DNA from: Eledone cirrhosa
Lineage: Eukaryota
Assembly: GCA_964016885.1 (NCBI GenBank)
Contig: OZ024744.1
Coordinates: forward strand, 61,380,001-61,444,000
DNA length: 64,000 nucleotides
Direction: 5' to 3'
The notes beneath the pieces were generated by a model. The model made no database searches. It was not told where the DNA came from and worked only from the letters and a program-made list of their open reading frames with translations. The translations under genes were made by a program, and so were the position numbers. Within the stretch, counting starts at the first letter, position 1; the number at the start of each line of letters is the position of its first letter. This document shows positions 10,607-24,237 of the stretch, in pieces.

Positions 10607-13600
10607 ATCACGAGGGGGGGGGATGAAATCACCGGTGGTTATGTAACCATACATTCACCAATGCTCGATATGAGTGTTTAAATGTCGAACCTAAACAGTT
10701 CGAATAATGGTGAAAAGGAGACTGGAACATCATGTGACAGACTTTCACCCAGCAAGTGCTGCCTAGCCCACCAGCAGGGACCTGGCTGTCATCCAAATAC
10801 TGCTGGTGCTGGAGGAAGAAGAAGGAAAGGGACAAGAACCAACTGGACGAAAGAATTGAATAGAACTGTCATGAAATGTTACCTGAAGAGTAACCCCAAG
10901 GAGAAAGGCTATAGGAAACGGATGCATAACATCTGGAACGAGATTGGTCTATTTAAATTAGATGAACAAAAATTGGCTGGGCAGGCTCTAAGAACTAGTG
11001 GGTGGATAAGCGAGCTGGAACTGGAAAAACTGAGCAGAGAGATTAGGTTGGAAAGGGAGAGTGGAGTATGCCAGGCAAACGAGCCAGTGGGAAATGAAGG
11101 TGAAGAGGTTGAGAGACCTGAGGAAGCATCCGAAGCAGACAATGATCTGAATGCTGAAATAAATAACATCTGGAACAAAGATACGGCCATTGAGGAAATG
11201 AATGCTGACGGGCTAAGGCAAGATTTGGTTGATATCCTGAACTTAGTGGTAGATGAAATGAACAATGATAGTGGAAAACCTATGAACCTAAGATTTGTAG
11301 ACAGGAAAAAGTTAAAAGAAACAACAGCTAAGGTAAACAAAGTCATCCCATACCTTGAGGTGAGGAACCTTCACCAATGCAACAATATCCTCAAATGTGG
11401 TGAGGAAATTACTTGGTATAAAAACGAGAGGAAACAACAAACAAGAAAGATCAGAACCTTGGTGGAAGAAACGACTCAATGGTTAAATCAAGGAAATGAG
11501 AAAAGACATTGGAAAGCTTGAGTCCTTACTGAATGGGACATTACAAAACATAGACACTAAAGATAGATTGGAAATAAAGTACAAAACTAGGGGGAAAAAG
11601 CTAAATATTATCATAGAGGAACTGAAGCAACGCATTGTAGCAAAAAGTGCAAAGATTAGGCGGTATGAGAACAGAGTCAGTCAGTATAGACAGAAACGCA
11701 TGTTTGACAACAACCAGAAGATGCTGTTTGGACAGCTTGAAGGGAAAGAAAGAGGCAACGACTTGATCCCTGAGGCGGAACAGACTAAGACATTCTGGAG
11801 AGGAATATGGGAGCAGGATGTTGATCATAATAGTCAGGCAGTGTGGATTGAGACAGTTAAAAAGGAGATTAGTGAACAAGCACACCAACAACCTGATTTG
11901 AGTATCACTGTTGAAACTCTCAAGGGGCAGGCCAAAAAACTAAGAAGCTGGAAATCACCAGGCCCAGATGGTGTGCAAGGGTATTGGATTAAAAATATAA
12001 CATCCCTTCATCCGAAACTGACAACCATGTTCAATGAATGCTTGATGTCGGGTGAGGTACCAGAGTGGTTGACAAAAGGTACCACAGTTCTGGTAATGAA
12101 AGACCGAATCAAGGGTAATGATGTTACCAACTATAGGCCTATCACATGTCTGTCCGTAATGTGGAAACTGTTAACAAGCATTGTGTCTGAGGAAATCTAC
12201 CATCACCTCCACATAAACAACTTGTTACCGGACGAACAGAAAGGATGCCGAAAGAAGTCCCATGGTACAAAAGACCAGTTACTTATTGATAAGATGGTAA
12301 TGAGGAATTGCAAGAGGAGGCACACTGGTCTCGCCATGGCATGGATAGATTACAAAAAGGCATTCGACATGGTACCTTATTCTTGGATAACCAAAAGCCT
12401 AGAGATCTTCAAGGTGGCAGATAACATCAGACAGTTGTTTAGCAAAAGTATGAAGTCCTGGGAAACAGTTAACATCGGGTGGAGAATCCTTGGGAGGTGT
12501 GAAGATCAAGTGAGGTATCTTCCAGGGAGATAGTTTGTCCCCTCTGCTGTTTTTCCTTGCCCTGATACCCCTGACCGTTATATTGCGAAAAGTGAGAGCA
12601 GGATACAAGTTGGGAAAGGGAGAGCTTACCAGCAACCACCTCCTCTTCATGGACGATCTTAAACTCTTTGGGAAGAGTGAGGAGTTGGATTTACTTGTTG
12701 ACACTGTCCGTATTTTCAGCAATGATATATGTATACAATTTGGTATTAGTAAGTGCGGAGTCCTTGTGATGAAGAGGGATAAATTGAGCAGAAGCAACGT
12801 AATCCAGGTACCAACAGGTGAGATGATAAAGGAAATTGACACTGAAGAAGGATACAAATATTTAGGTGTTCTGGAGGCAGATGACATCAAGAACAAAAAT
12901 TATGAAGGAATTGATAAGATCTGAATACATAAGGAGAGTAAGGAACATATCAAAATCATATCTAAATAGTAGGAATGTCATACGTGCAGTGAATTCCCGA
13001 GCTGTGTCTATTATTAGGTACAGTACGGGAATTCTGAAATGGAATGTTGCTGAACAAAAAGAAATGGATAGGGAGACTAGGAAGCTAATGACTATCTACA
13101 ACATGTTCCACAAGAGGAGTGATGTCGATAGGCTCTACTTAAGGAGATCAGAAGGTGGAAGAGGTCTTATCAGCATAGAGGACTGTGTTCAGATGGAGAA
13201 AAACAACCTGCACAAATACGTGACTGACAGTAGGGAGCCAATGCTCAAAATTGTACTGAAGGAGAAGACAATAGACCAGGGGATGTCCAAGGGGGGAAAT
13301 AACAACAAGGAGGAAGAGCAACCTTCATGAAAAATCCCTTCATAGTACCTTCTTTAAGAAAACTGAATTTAGAGATCCATAGACATGGAACTGGTTGAAA
13401 AGGGGAGACCTTAAAAAAGCTACAGAAGGAACACTGATGGCTGTGCAAGAGCAAGCCCTCAGAACGAAGTGGGTGAAACACCATATTTACAAGGAGGAGG
13501 CTAGCTCACTGTGTAGTATCTGTGGAGAGAAAGAGGAGACTGTGGCTCACATTGTATCCGAGTGTAAACACCTAGCTCAGATTCACTATAAAAGCTGGAG

Positions 13601-14722
13601 ACATGATGTGATAGGCAGGGTGATCCACTGGCACCTATGCAAAGTAAACAATTTACCACATTCTGAGAAGTGGTATGAGCATAAGCCAGAGTCGGTGATA
13701 GAAAACGATCAGGTGAAGGTGCTATGGGATTTTAGGATACAGACGGACAAGAAATTAGAACACAATAGACCTGACCTGGTGGTTTTGGACAAGGAAAAAA
13801 GATCGTGCCTGATTGTAGATGAAGCTTGCCCATTTGACACGAGAGTGCAAGAAAAGGAGAGGGAGAAAATTAATCGATACCAGGATTTAAAGTGGGAGTT
13901 AAAAAAAGATTTGGAACTGCCATGAAGTCAAGGTCGTCCCGATTGTCATAGGCGCACTAGGAACTATCTCAAACGAACTAAGGAAAAAATTAGAAATAAG
14001 AGGGATCAGATGTTGTTTACTCGAGAGAAGGCTACATTGGTATGGTCACGTGATGCGCATGAAAGACGACAGCTGTATAACAAAGTGCAGGGCAATAAAG
14101 ATAGATGGTAGCCACAGAGTAGGCAGACCCAGGAAAACCTGGGACGAGCTGATAAATTCCGACCTCACACACTTACACCTCTCCTAGACAATGTCACTGA
14201 ACCGAGACCTTTGGCGGTACTCAGTAACAGAGAAGACCCACCTTACCTAAATACAAAGTAAAACCTACAAGTCAGTAGGCATCTCTAACAAAATACACCC
14301 CCGTCCCACCCCATCCACACCGCCCCCTTCAATGCAAAGTTATGTTGGTGCCACAACATCCAGGCCGAAACAAACGAGATCGTGTAGGTGTCACGACAAA
14401 AAAACACACAGTCCACGCTGTAAATGTGGCCGTGTAGGCAACACGGTAAAAACCTCCCAGTCCCACACTGTAAATGTGGTTGGTGTTAGGAAGGGCATCC
14501 AGCTGTAGAAAACACGCCAGACAGTCCACGCTGTAATGTGGCCGTGTAGGCAACACAGTAAAAACCTCCCAGCCCCACACTGTAAATGTGGTTGGTGTTA
14601 GGAAGGGCATCCAGCTGTAGAAAACCCGCCAGACAGTCCTATGCGAGCAAGACAAACACTCTTGCCTCAAGTGGGAAAACCCTCGTCCAAACCCATGCAA
14701 GCGTGGAACAGGGACGTTAAAC

Positions 14723-14762
<40 letters not shown>

Positions 14763-14933
14763 AAAGAAGATTAGTCCAGCCCCGATTTTTGGAACACTTC
14801 AAAAAGCATGCTTGCTGGGAACAGCAAGAACCCTCCGATACGTCCTGAATATCTGAGGCTGCAGGTAGGGGCTTGATATTCATTTCAACAAACTTTCCAG
14901 TTAAATAACATCAATGACTGAGACTCAAAGAAC
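10607..14933 (+). mobile_element. R4/Dong-like RLE non-LTR retrotransposon, apparently full-length copy 2, frameshifted and interrupted
   Basis: Starts immediately after (AAT)n. The N-terminus has WTKELNRTVMKCY...GYRKRMHNIW. RT, CCHC and RLE motifs match copy 1. It is interrupted at 13974-14761, then resumes with LQKACLLGTARTLRYVLNI* and the same 3' UTR, ending in (AAT)3. Confidence 0.9.
13974..14761 (+). mobile_element. 5'-truncated RTE-clade LINE nested in Dong-like copy 2
   Basis: Reads ELRKKLEIRGI...RRLHWYGHVMRM...GRPRKTW, which is an RTE C-terminus. The 3' UTR has tandem subrepeats and a (GAT)13 tail. Confidence 0.85.
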
Positions 14934-16304
14934 AATAATAATAATCACTTTCTTAATAGCACATATTTTTCATAAGATTTTAAAGTTGGAGATTATGATT
15001 CTGCTGATAAAATAAAAACAAATTTTTTTTAGTATTTCTATTATTGCATACTTCCATTCATTAATGCTTTCATTATTGTATACTTTTTTTTCATCTGTGT
15101 TTGTAATTAAGTTATATGAAAACAGACATTTTTTCATCATGCCATCTAATTTCAAGTTGATAATGAATGATATCAATCAGGATAATGTCATAGATTTTAT
15201 ACAAAATGTAATATTATTATCATTTCAACAACTAGGAATAGTGTAAAAAATATTTTCATTGAGATAATTGCAATCAACATTTTTACAAAATATGTATCCA
15301 CAAAACAATACATTATTAATAAAGTTGTGAGAAAATAAAATCAGGTGGGAGGACACTAATCTGTAATTATGCTAATTTTAACAAACAAAAAATACAGTGG
15401 GCCATAACTATAATTATTTAGTGTAGTAGAGACTAATAGAAATAACACAAGATTTCTTTCTTGCATAATTTTCAATGCATTTCTATATTAAAATTATCTG
15501 AATGACCTCCTTATAATAGAATCAGCACAAGTAAATTTAAAAGTAAAAAAAATATGACTTTTTTTTAATAAATACTCACTCCATTGACATCTCTAAAAAC
15601 ACTTTTATGCTTTCTACATAAAGATGTAAATTGGATATGTTGCATAAAACCAATCAATCTGTTCATACTACCTTATTTGAAACAAATGCATGCCTACTTT
15701 AGTTTTCAGTCGATGAGTAGGTCAGCATGGTTTGATATTCTTCTGCTCGAGTGATTTTTATTTTACCATTATGGCTAAATTCATATTTATTTTATCCTCA
15801 GCTAAGTGTCTTTTGATAATAATCTTATGATAATCTGTCACTGGTAGAAAATTTAGAAAAGAGTACATTGCATAAATGCATTGTAGATGTTAATATTGGT
15901 CTAAGTTGTTACTGCTGCTTGTGTTAGCTATGACAAGCAAGGAAAGATCAAAGACATCAGGCAAACTTTTATGAGTCTGACCTACTTCATTAAATTTTGT
16001 TGTCATATAAACAGTATTATGAACATATAACATTATTTAACTAACATTTTAAGTTACAGTCATAACAAGGTTATGTTTGTACCGAATTACAACCAATTGA
16101 AACTTTAAATATTATTTACAAGCAGAAATGCATAAAACCGAGTTATGTTAGGGTGTACAAAAGGTTTTGCTGAGCTCATATAATTGAGCCCAAGCCTTAT
16201 TATGAACAATGAAATTTTTTTTTTATTTTCCATTCCTTAAGCAAAAATTTGTTAGCCCAAATTGAATTATGAGTCCAGCCTGTGTGGCACAAGTGGTGGA
16301 TTCA

Positions 16305-16305
<1 letters not shown>

Positions 16306-16379
<74 letters not shown>
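16306..16379 (+). repeat. (CA)n microsatellite
   Basis: Read directly from the sequence. Confidence 0.97.
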
Positions 16380-16385
<6 letters not shown>

Positions 16386-16918
16386 AATATAAATCCTTGA
16401 GATTGTTGGCGAGGAGAAGAGAAAACAAATATATCACAGATAAAAATTAACAAAGAGAAGACAAGACAACAAACGAAAACAAGGCAAAAGGAAAAACAAT
16501 TTTTTTCAAGAGGAAACCTTGAAAATTATTTTTGAAAATAAAAATACAAACAAAAGACACAGAACTCCAGAGTCTTCAGCCGTTGAGATGAACTTTAGCA
16601 GTTTCGACCCTTCCCAACGGTATTGTTGATCCAACTGGGGTCACAGCGTCTGACACAAGCCAAAACACTGTCCATGGAGTAAGAGATGACACAAAACAAC
16701 AATTTATAGCAGTTAAGCTATAACATGTACACATAAAATTGTATGTGACGCCAAGGAGAAGGTATTGAAAAAGACAAGAAGAAAGTAAAATATCGTGTTA
16801 AATGTAAATCATTGAGATTATTGGGAGGAGAAGAGAAAACAGGTACATCACAGTAATAATAAACGTAGAAAAATTAACAAAGAGAAGAACAAACAACGAA
16901 CAAAAACAAGGCAAAATA

Positions 16919-18053
16919 TATGAGGCACACTCAAGATATTTTGAGACTTTTTCTTTTCAGACACTTTTAATTGTCCTATGTAAATGTCACTTTAATACAT
17001 CGTGGTTAGAATAAGCTAACATGTCAAATCTTTTTTTTTCCTAGGTTGAAGGTTTGGGTCACTATACCATTTTAAACACTACCAGAGGTACATGTCTTGT
17101 CACAGCTGACTGGTTCCATAGTAGTGTTGAGACATAAGAACAACTAGGAGGCTTGATATGCAATAAAGTTTTGTGTCAAGTACAGCAAAAGTGCTGCAGA
17201 AACCTATGCACAAGGACCAATTGTTAAGGGCAGTGTGCACAGTCATTCATGACTATCTGAACATGAGCAAAGTTTGTTCCCAGAGTTTGTTCCCAGAGTT
17301 TGTTCCCAGAGTTTGTTCCCAGCTAAATGAAGATCAAAGGTAGAGGTCCATAGATGAGAGCAGGGAGATTGTCGAGTGGATCACTTTGAATCCAAGTGTC
17401 CTTCAGTCTCTGGTAACATGTGATGAGAGCTGGGTCTACTGTTATGATCCAGGGACCAAGAGACAGAGTGCCCAGTGGAAATATTTTGACTTCCCATGAT
17501 CAAAAAAGGTCAAACAAAGTAGGTTTACTGAGAAGCTTATAGTGATCCCATTTCAACAGCAAAGGCATCTACATCCATTGGGTCCCCCCACAGCCAGACA
17601 GTCAACAAAGAATACTATGTAGAGGTTTTGAGGCAGTCCAGAAAAAGATTTTGTCGCAAGAAACCAGAACTCAGGGATAATGCCCCCCGCCACAAATTCA
17701 TCCTGGTGACCAACTACTTGGCCAATATGGAGTTCAAGACTGTCCCTCATCCTTCCTTCAGTCCAGTCTTAGCCCTATGTGACTTCTGGATGTTGCCAAA
17801 GCTGAAGGAGAAGATTAGCGGTATCACATTTGAGGATGTAGCGGAGATGAAGGGAGGCTATGACAAACGCCCAGGACACCTTCATTTTGGAGGACTACAA
17901 GGGTCCTTCCAGAACTTCCAACTTTTAGAAGTGGCTGGAGTGATACAAGTGCATTGAAGTTGGAGGAGCCTATTTTGAGGGAGACTAGAGTTTTGCATTG
18001 ATCTGAGTTAAATAAATGTCTCTGATAAAAGTCTCAAAATCTCTTGACTGTGT
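16919..18053 (+). mobile_element. Mariner (Tc1/mariner) DNA transposon relic
   Basis: Transposase remnants: TCDESWVYCYDPGTKRQSAQW, DNAPRH, HPSFSPVLALCDFWMLPKLK. Imperfect TIRs: CACTCAAGATATTTTGAGACTTTT (about 16928-16951) and AAAAGTCTCAAAATCTCTTGACTG (about 18027-18050). Both ends sit in TA context. Confidence 0.88.
17271..17322 (+). repeat. Four copies of a 13-bp tandem repeat (AGAGTTTGTTCCC) inside the mariner
   Basis: Read directly. It lies at the position of the (W/F)VPR linker motif. Confidence 0.85.
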
Positions 18054-18924
18054 ATATATATATTTAATATAGAAGTGACTTCTACAGGACTAGAACTGTT
18101 TCATTTGAAGGAAATCACCAAGAAAGCCACTTATATATTAAATATTTATACTCTGCTATGTATTGAGTACCTTCTTTACTGTGGTTACCCTCGATTGAAC
18201 CCAGGACACACACACACACACACACACACACAAATATTGTATATATATATATGCATGCATGTATAGACCCATAACTCGTGAGGGAATCATAGGGGCGCTC
18301 TATTGTCATACAGCATTTCTTAGGGCATTTTAAAACCTGTCAGAGCCCATTTCCTCTCCAGGTCTGCCAGGTCTGAATACAGTAGATATCTTCCAGAAAA
18401 GGACAGAGGATGAGAGAATGGAAGAGAAAGATAGAGAGACCCCAGTACTAGACTGGTATATTTTTTATCGACCTTGAATGGATGAAAGGCAAAGTTGACC
18501 TTAATATATATTTATATATATACATCAGAGGTTCTCAAAGTGGGCGTTGAGAAGGACCAGGAGGCGCCGAGGCCTAAGAGGACAGTAGAGATGATATAAT
18601 AGTATATTAACTATCAAATGATACATATATATAAATACAGCAAAATGAATAATATATATTTATGAACATAGTATATATTATATCATCTATCTAAAATAGA
18701 CTGTGTGTATGTTCCTCATTTTCTTCAAATTTGGCACAAACATGCGTTATGCTCCTGACCTTCGTAGGAACTCATTACATTTTGAAATTTGTGTCTATGC
18801 GCCCTCTATAAGAGAAAACCCGACTAAAAAAAAAATCATTTTTGAGACACACAGAGGGAGAGGCAGAAAGAGAGAGATAGACCGTTATACAGAGAGAGAT
18901 ACAATTAAAGTGTTAGATATTCAA

Positions 18925-19023
<99 letters not shown>

Positions 19024-19063
19024 GGAGAGAGAGAGAGAGAGTGTGTGTGTGTGTGTGTGTGTG
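18925..19063 (+). repeat. (GA)n followed by (GT)n compound microsatellite
   Basis: Read directly from the sequence. Confidence 0.95.
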
Positions 19064-19829
19064 TCATCCAACACCGGCTTAAACTATAGATCAAAGTATA
19101 TCAGTTGAAGGTTTTAAAGTCTTTGATTTTACAGAACAAAGAAAAATTGATACTGTTTGAAATTAATCTACCCTCCAGCTTTTATCCATATACTATTTAC
19201 AGTCCGTACTAACGAAGCAACACTTCAGCTGTGTTTCAGATGACGTCCTTTGGAGCTGAAAAAGATCATACTGACTATGGTTATTTCACAACATTTAAAA
19301 CCCAAGAACATTTAATCGGCAGTTTACCGACTGAAAAAAAAAATCATTTTTGTCAATCACTTTTACACCTTACAGCCCTTTTCCTTCAAATTTGGAACAA
19401 ACATGTGTAATGGAATTATCCTATGTTTTACCTGGCGAAGATTCGAAACCGAATTTGAGGGTTCTTGCCTCTAAAACCACATATTGTTGGGAGTTCCCAC
19501 CATTATCCCGTCAAGAGACAAGTATGATAAACGTATATACCACTTGACCTGTGACCCCAGGTTCTTGACAAATGAAACACACATGGCTGCTCATAAATCA
19601 ACCCATATACACATCCTTCTAGCTATAGCGTTATTATAAATACAATGGTTTCGAGAGAGGGAGCAGACATAGTGATAACACAGACAAGAGAAGAAAGTTC
19701 TGCTAACACTGAAATTTTTTCTTCACGAAAACCAGTTGGACAGATTGACCACTACAAGTAGGAATAACGAATACTAAGGATAGACACACACACAGTAGGT
19801 TTCATTATACTGTTTACTTTTATGCTGTA

Positions 19830-21062
19830 TCTATTCTTTGGATGCACCTGGAGGGACAGAAAAAACTTTTGTAACGAAGCTGCTCCTTGCAAAAGTTAGG
19901 CAGCATAGGGATATCATGATAGCTGTTGCCTCCTTTGGGATTGTTGTTACTTTGCTGCCCGGTGGCAGGCAGCACACTCGACTTTTAAACTCCCCCTGAA
20001 TTCAGCAACATCTGAAATGCCTACCTGCAACATCAGTAAAAGCTCATACCAAGGTCAGGTCTTCAAACGGTGTCATCTCATTGTGTGGGATGAGTGCACC
20101 ATGGCCCACAAAGGAGCTCTGGAAGCAGTAGATAGAACCCTTAAAGATATATGAGAGTGTCATGCTCCAATGGGAGGTGTAACGCTTCTGTTGTCTGGTG
20201 ATTTTAGACAGACTCTTCCCGTCATTCCCAAAGGCACCAGGGCTGATAAAGTCCAGGCGTGCCTTAAATCCTCTCCATTGTGGTGACACGTTACGACCCT
20301 GACTCTTACCACTAACATGAGAGCTAAACTACATGGTGACCACGTGTCTGCCAGGTATGCACAGGACATTTTGACACTTGGCGATGGCAAGGTGCCTCTC
20401 GACGCTGCTGGAGAAATGGACGTCTTGCCATTTTGTACCATTGTTAATTCCGTGGAAGAGTTGAAAAACCAAGTGTTTCCGAACTTGACAGAAAATTACC
20501 AAAATCACAATTGGGTGTGCGAAAGAGGAATAATGACTCCAAAAAACATCACAGTTGATAAACTCAATGAAAGTTAATGCTGTCTTTTCCAGGAAATCTT
20601 CACACTTCCAAGTCTGTTGACACAATCCTGGATCACAATAAAGTGGTGAACTATCCTTCCAGAATTTCTCAATTCATTGGAGCCTCCTGGACTACCTCCC
20701 CACATATTAGGACTTAAAATTGGAACTCCTGTAATGCTGCTTAGAAATCTAGATCCGCCAAGACTGTGCAATGGAACACGACTGGTAGTAAAGAAAATGA
20801 TGTTACATGTTATCGAGGCAACAATTCTTTCTGGATGTGGAAAAAGTGATGATGTCTTCATTCCAAGAATCCCTCTCATTCCATCAGGAGCAAAAATTCC
20901 ATTTTCATTCAGACATCTGCAATTTCCAGTTCGTGTCAACTTTGCAATGTCCATTAACAAATCCCAAGGTCAGACCCTGTCTGTGGCCGGACTTCTGTTG
21001 GAAGAGACATGTTTCTCACACGGACAATTGTACATTGGGTGTTCCCGAGTGGGAAGCCGAAG
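19830..21062 (+). pseudogene. Helitron PIF1-family helicase domain, disrupted
   Basis: Motifs: LDAPGGT (Walker A), [61 protein letters not shown]. Has stops and frameshifts. Confidence 0.88.
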
Positions 21063-21719
21063 TGTGTGTGTGTGTTGATTGAACAATTGTTACAGCATGA
21101 ATTTGTTCTTATTTAGAGTTATTGCCTTCCTAGATGAGTCAGAGGGTTAGGTCTCACTAGAACATTTTATTTTTGGCATAGTTTCATTGGTTTGATGTTT
21201 TTCCAAACACCAATCATTTTACATAGTCATTTATCATGGACTCACCATAGAGAAGCTGTTTTGTCCACTGTGTGGCTAAAGAGTTTTCTCTACTCTACAT
21301 AGTCTCTGTTCTCTCAAGTCAAACAAGACAGAGCGAAAACAATGATGCTGGAAAAGGAAAGGAAATGAATGTATGTGAAGGGAAGAAAACAGAGAGATAT
21401 GAAGATAGAAAGGGTGGGTTTGTTGCAGAACAGTGGTGGCTAGATGCTGGTTGTTGGTAGTGGATAGGATGTTAAGTAGAAAACAAAAGCAATATTTTGG
21501 GATAACAATAGGTATGTGTTTGGGAGAGAAAATGGAAGTAGTTGAAGGTGATGGTATAGGATACGGTCTTGAGTGATGGATATCAACAGATATTGTTAAC
21601 TGTAAGAGAAAGTGGTAAATGTCAACTAAGAATTTTATAGTAAAAAGAGAGGGTGATGATATTTAATATGAACAGGCCCAGAGCCTGTTCCTCATTACAC
21701 AAGTGTCATTAGAGAGTTA

Positions 21720-21888
21720 TTGTATTTCTCGGCGCTGAAGACGCTTCATCCTCGAGGACGCACCCTAATTTTGACAACCAAAAATTTGAAAAAAAATAAT
21801 AAATAACCTTCGGCCTCCAGGACTCATGGTAGATTGTTTTAGACTTATTTTAGGAAAAGAGTAGCGTCTTCGATGCCGGGAAATACGG
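21720..21888. mobile_element. pogo/Tigger-type MITE
   Basis: TIRs are TTGTATTTCTCGGCGCTGAAGACGCT and AGCGTCTTCGATGCCGGGAAATACGG. TA flanks both ends (21718-19 and 21889-90). Confidence 0.75.
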
Positions 21889-22517
21889 TAGGTATAATGG
21901 TAAAGAAGCAATGGTGAGAGAGAGGTAGAGCAATAATGGGTACTGTTGAAGGTATTGGAAACAGGTTGAACGCCATCCTTTGTAAATACAGTGTGGTATT
22001 CTAGTGAAAATTATAGAATGTGGTTGATAAAAGGGTTGTGAATGTAACAGTAGAGGGAGACTTGATGGAGGTGTAGTGAAGGAAAGACTCTGATGGTGTA
22101 TAATAAATACATCACAACACCACTGACACATCCTGCCACCTCACCACCACAAACCACTACTATCCTTGGTTATTGTCTTTGTGAGGTTCTGCTTCTTGAG
22201 GTCAGTTTTCCTCATTCTCTAAGTTTTCTACAGATTCAGCTATAAGAATTAGGCCATCAATATACAGAATTTCCCATGGATAGCTGGTCTTTAAAGCATG
22301 TATTTGCACATACATACATACATACATACATGGTAGCTGCCAACTCGTTTTCGAGTACGGCCACTATTTTATATCCATGTAGGAGAACTCCTACCGATGC
22401 GCTGAACGAGTGTGACTTTTTAGTTCAGCCAGCAACTTGAAAACTCTGGTACATACATACATACATACATACATACATACATACATACATACACATATAC
22501 ATACATACATACATACA

Positions 22518-23953
22518 TTTGCTGTGCCTGTCCTAACACCAACGTTTGGAATACTCAATTGGACAATAGACGAAATCCGAGCAGTTGATGTTGGAACTCG
22601 AAAAATACTGAACAACACCGGAAACTTCCACATCAACAGTGACATAGACCGCCTTTACTTGAAACTTAAACAGGGAGGCAGAGGCCTAACATCAGTCCAG
22701 ACAACATTTGAATGTCGCATCATATCTCTCCGACAACATCTACGAACCTTGAAGCGTAGGAGCACGCTTCTCGAGCAAGTCTATCTGCATGAAACAGATA
22801 AGATCATGAGAGTTGGGGAGGAACTCCTTGAGAGATATTCCCTGTGTGATAATCAAAAACTCACACCCAGGGATGTCACTCAGCAGTATCGCAGTGAATC
22901 CATGGATAAAAAACTGCATGCCTATCAGGAAAAAATCATGCATGGATATGTTGCCAGGAAGCTCCAGAGTGAGAGTAATATAGATAAGGAAAGTATTCTA
23001 TCTTGGACCAACAACTGCTATATTGGCTCCCACTTTGAAGGATACGCTTTTGCAATCCAAGAACAGGAGATTAGCACGAAATACCTGATTCACAAAAGAG
23101 ATAGGGATGCAGGCAAAACACCTAGATGTGATAACAAGTGCAGACTCTGCAGAACTAACATCGAGGATATCACCCATGTCATCAGCAGCTGCCCAAAGAT
23201 GTCATCGCGGTACTATCTACCTATGAGGCATGATGTAGTGGCCAAAACACTGTACAATGCAGTTCGTAAAAAAGATAGCCCCGATAATAAAGACATTAAA
23301 AGCTACAGCAATGTGGAAGACATCCATGTACATAATACAAAAGAGTACTGGTGGAATGTTCTAGTAAAAACCCCAATAAAATACAAGCATAACAGGCCAG
23401 ATATTATGATATGGGACAGAGAGAAGAAAGCATGCACAGTAGTGGAAATTAGCTGCCCAGCAGATGCCAATATAATATCAAAGATTAGTGAAAAGGAGAA
23501 TATTTATGCAGAACTGATGAGAAATCTGCAGATACTCCACCCTTATTACACCTTCAGATTTATGCCTGTGATTATTGGGGCACTGGGGTATGTTAGTAAC
23601 TGCCTCAATACAAATCTTGAGAAGCTAGGCTTCACAGGAACAGAAAGAACACAACTAGTTAGGAAACTACAAGTACAATCCATTAATGGAACAGTAAAAA
23701 TATGTAAAACATTCCAAACATTTTGCATCTAATAACTGCATATACACATGTACAGATACAAAGCATATACACATGCACACATACAACTCAAAACATACAC
23801 ATCCACACATACAATAACATCCATATCTACACATGCATGCATACATATCTACCTAGTTGATGTGTAAATTCCAATGAGAGAGTCTTGTGTCTATGTTAGA
23901 AACCGACTCTCTCTCTATTGGTAAAACTTTGTGAAATTATAAAACCAGAAGAA
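22518..23953 (+). mobile_element. RLE retrotransposon family A (R4-like), 5'-truncated unit 1
   Basis: DRLYL..KQGGRGL, CRLC..NIEDITHVISSC, RHD, RPDIMI...VEISCP, KENIY. The frame is open to 23732 and (ACAT)n flanks both sides. Confidence 0.88.
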
Positions 23954-23977
23954 CATACATACATACATACATACATA

Positions 23978-24182
23978 CCAAAGTATGACTGAACTTGGAT
24001 TTGTGGACAAAAAGCGCAGCTCCCTAATTCATAGTCTACAAATGGCTGCGATAGCTGGCACCTTCAAAATTTGCAAAACATTCTTGCGATTCAAGGGATG
24101 ACAATTTCTTTTCTTTTACAACCTTGCCACCAGGAAGGTGGCCGGTCAAAAAAAATATACTCTAAATTAAGAGAAAGAGATA
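23978..24182 (+). mobile_element. 3' fragment of a second RLE family, B (repeated at about 26162, 28362 and 31027)
   Basis: Encodes ELGFVDKKRSSLIHSLQMAAIAGTFKICKTFLRFKG*, homologous to the family A end GTVKICKTF. It has a distinct 3' UTR ending in (ACAT)n. Confidence 0.75.
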
Positions 24183-24237
24183 ACATACATACATACATAC
24201 ATACATACATACATACATACATACATACATACATACA

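Larger units (their letters stand above)
18684..21062 (+). mobile_element. Helitron relic (Rep/helicase fragments)
   Basis: SCVSDD/FQMTSFGA...FTTFKTQ..HLIGSLP at about 19225-19333 matches the Helitron N-terminal region. A PIF1 helicase follows. The candidate TC 5' end near 18684 is uncertain, and no 3' hairpin or CTAG end was seen. Confidence 0.75.

Noticed and set aside
18525-18572. hAT/Charlie-like TIR (CAGAGGTTCTCAAAGTGGG)
   Set aside because: No partner TIR or 8-bp TSD was found, and it is too short to call.
19830-21078. Cellular PIF1 gene
   Set aside because: It is intronless and broken by stops and frameshifts, has Helitron-type motifs, and an upstream Helitron-specific fragment is present.
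21080-22300. Purine-skewed stretch, possibly an old retroelement on the minus strand
   Set aside because: No diagnostic motif could be read with confidence.
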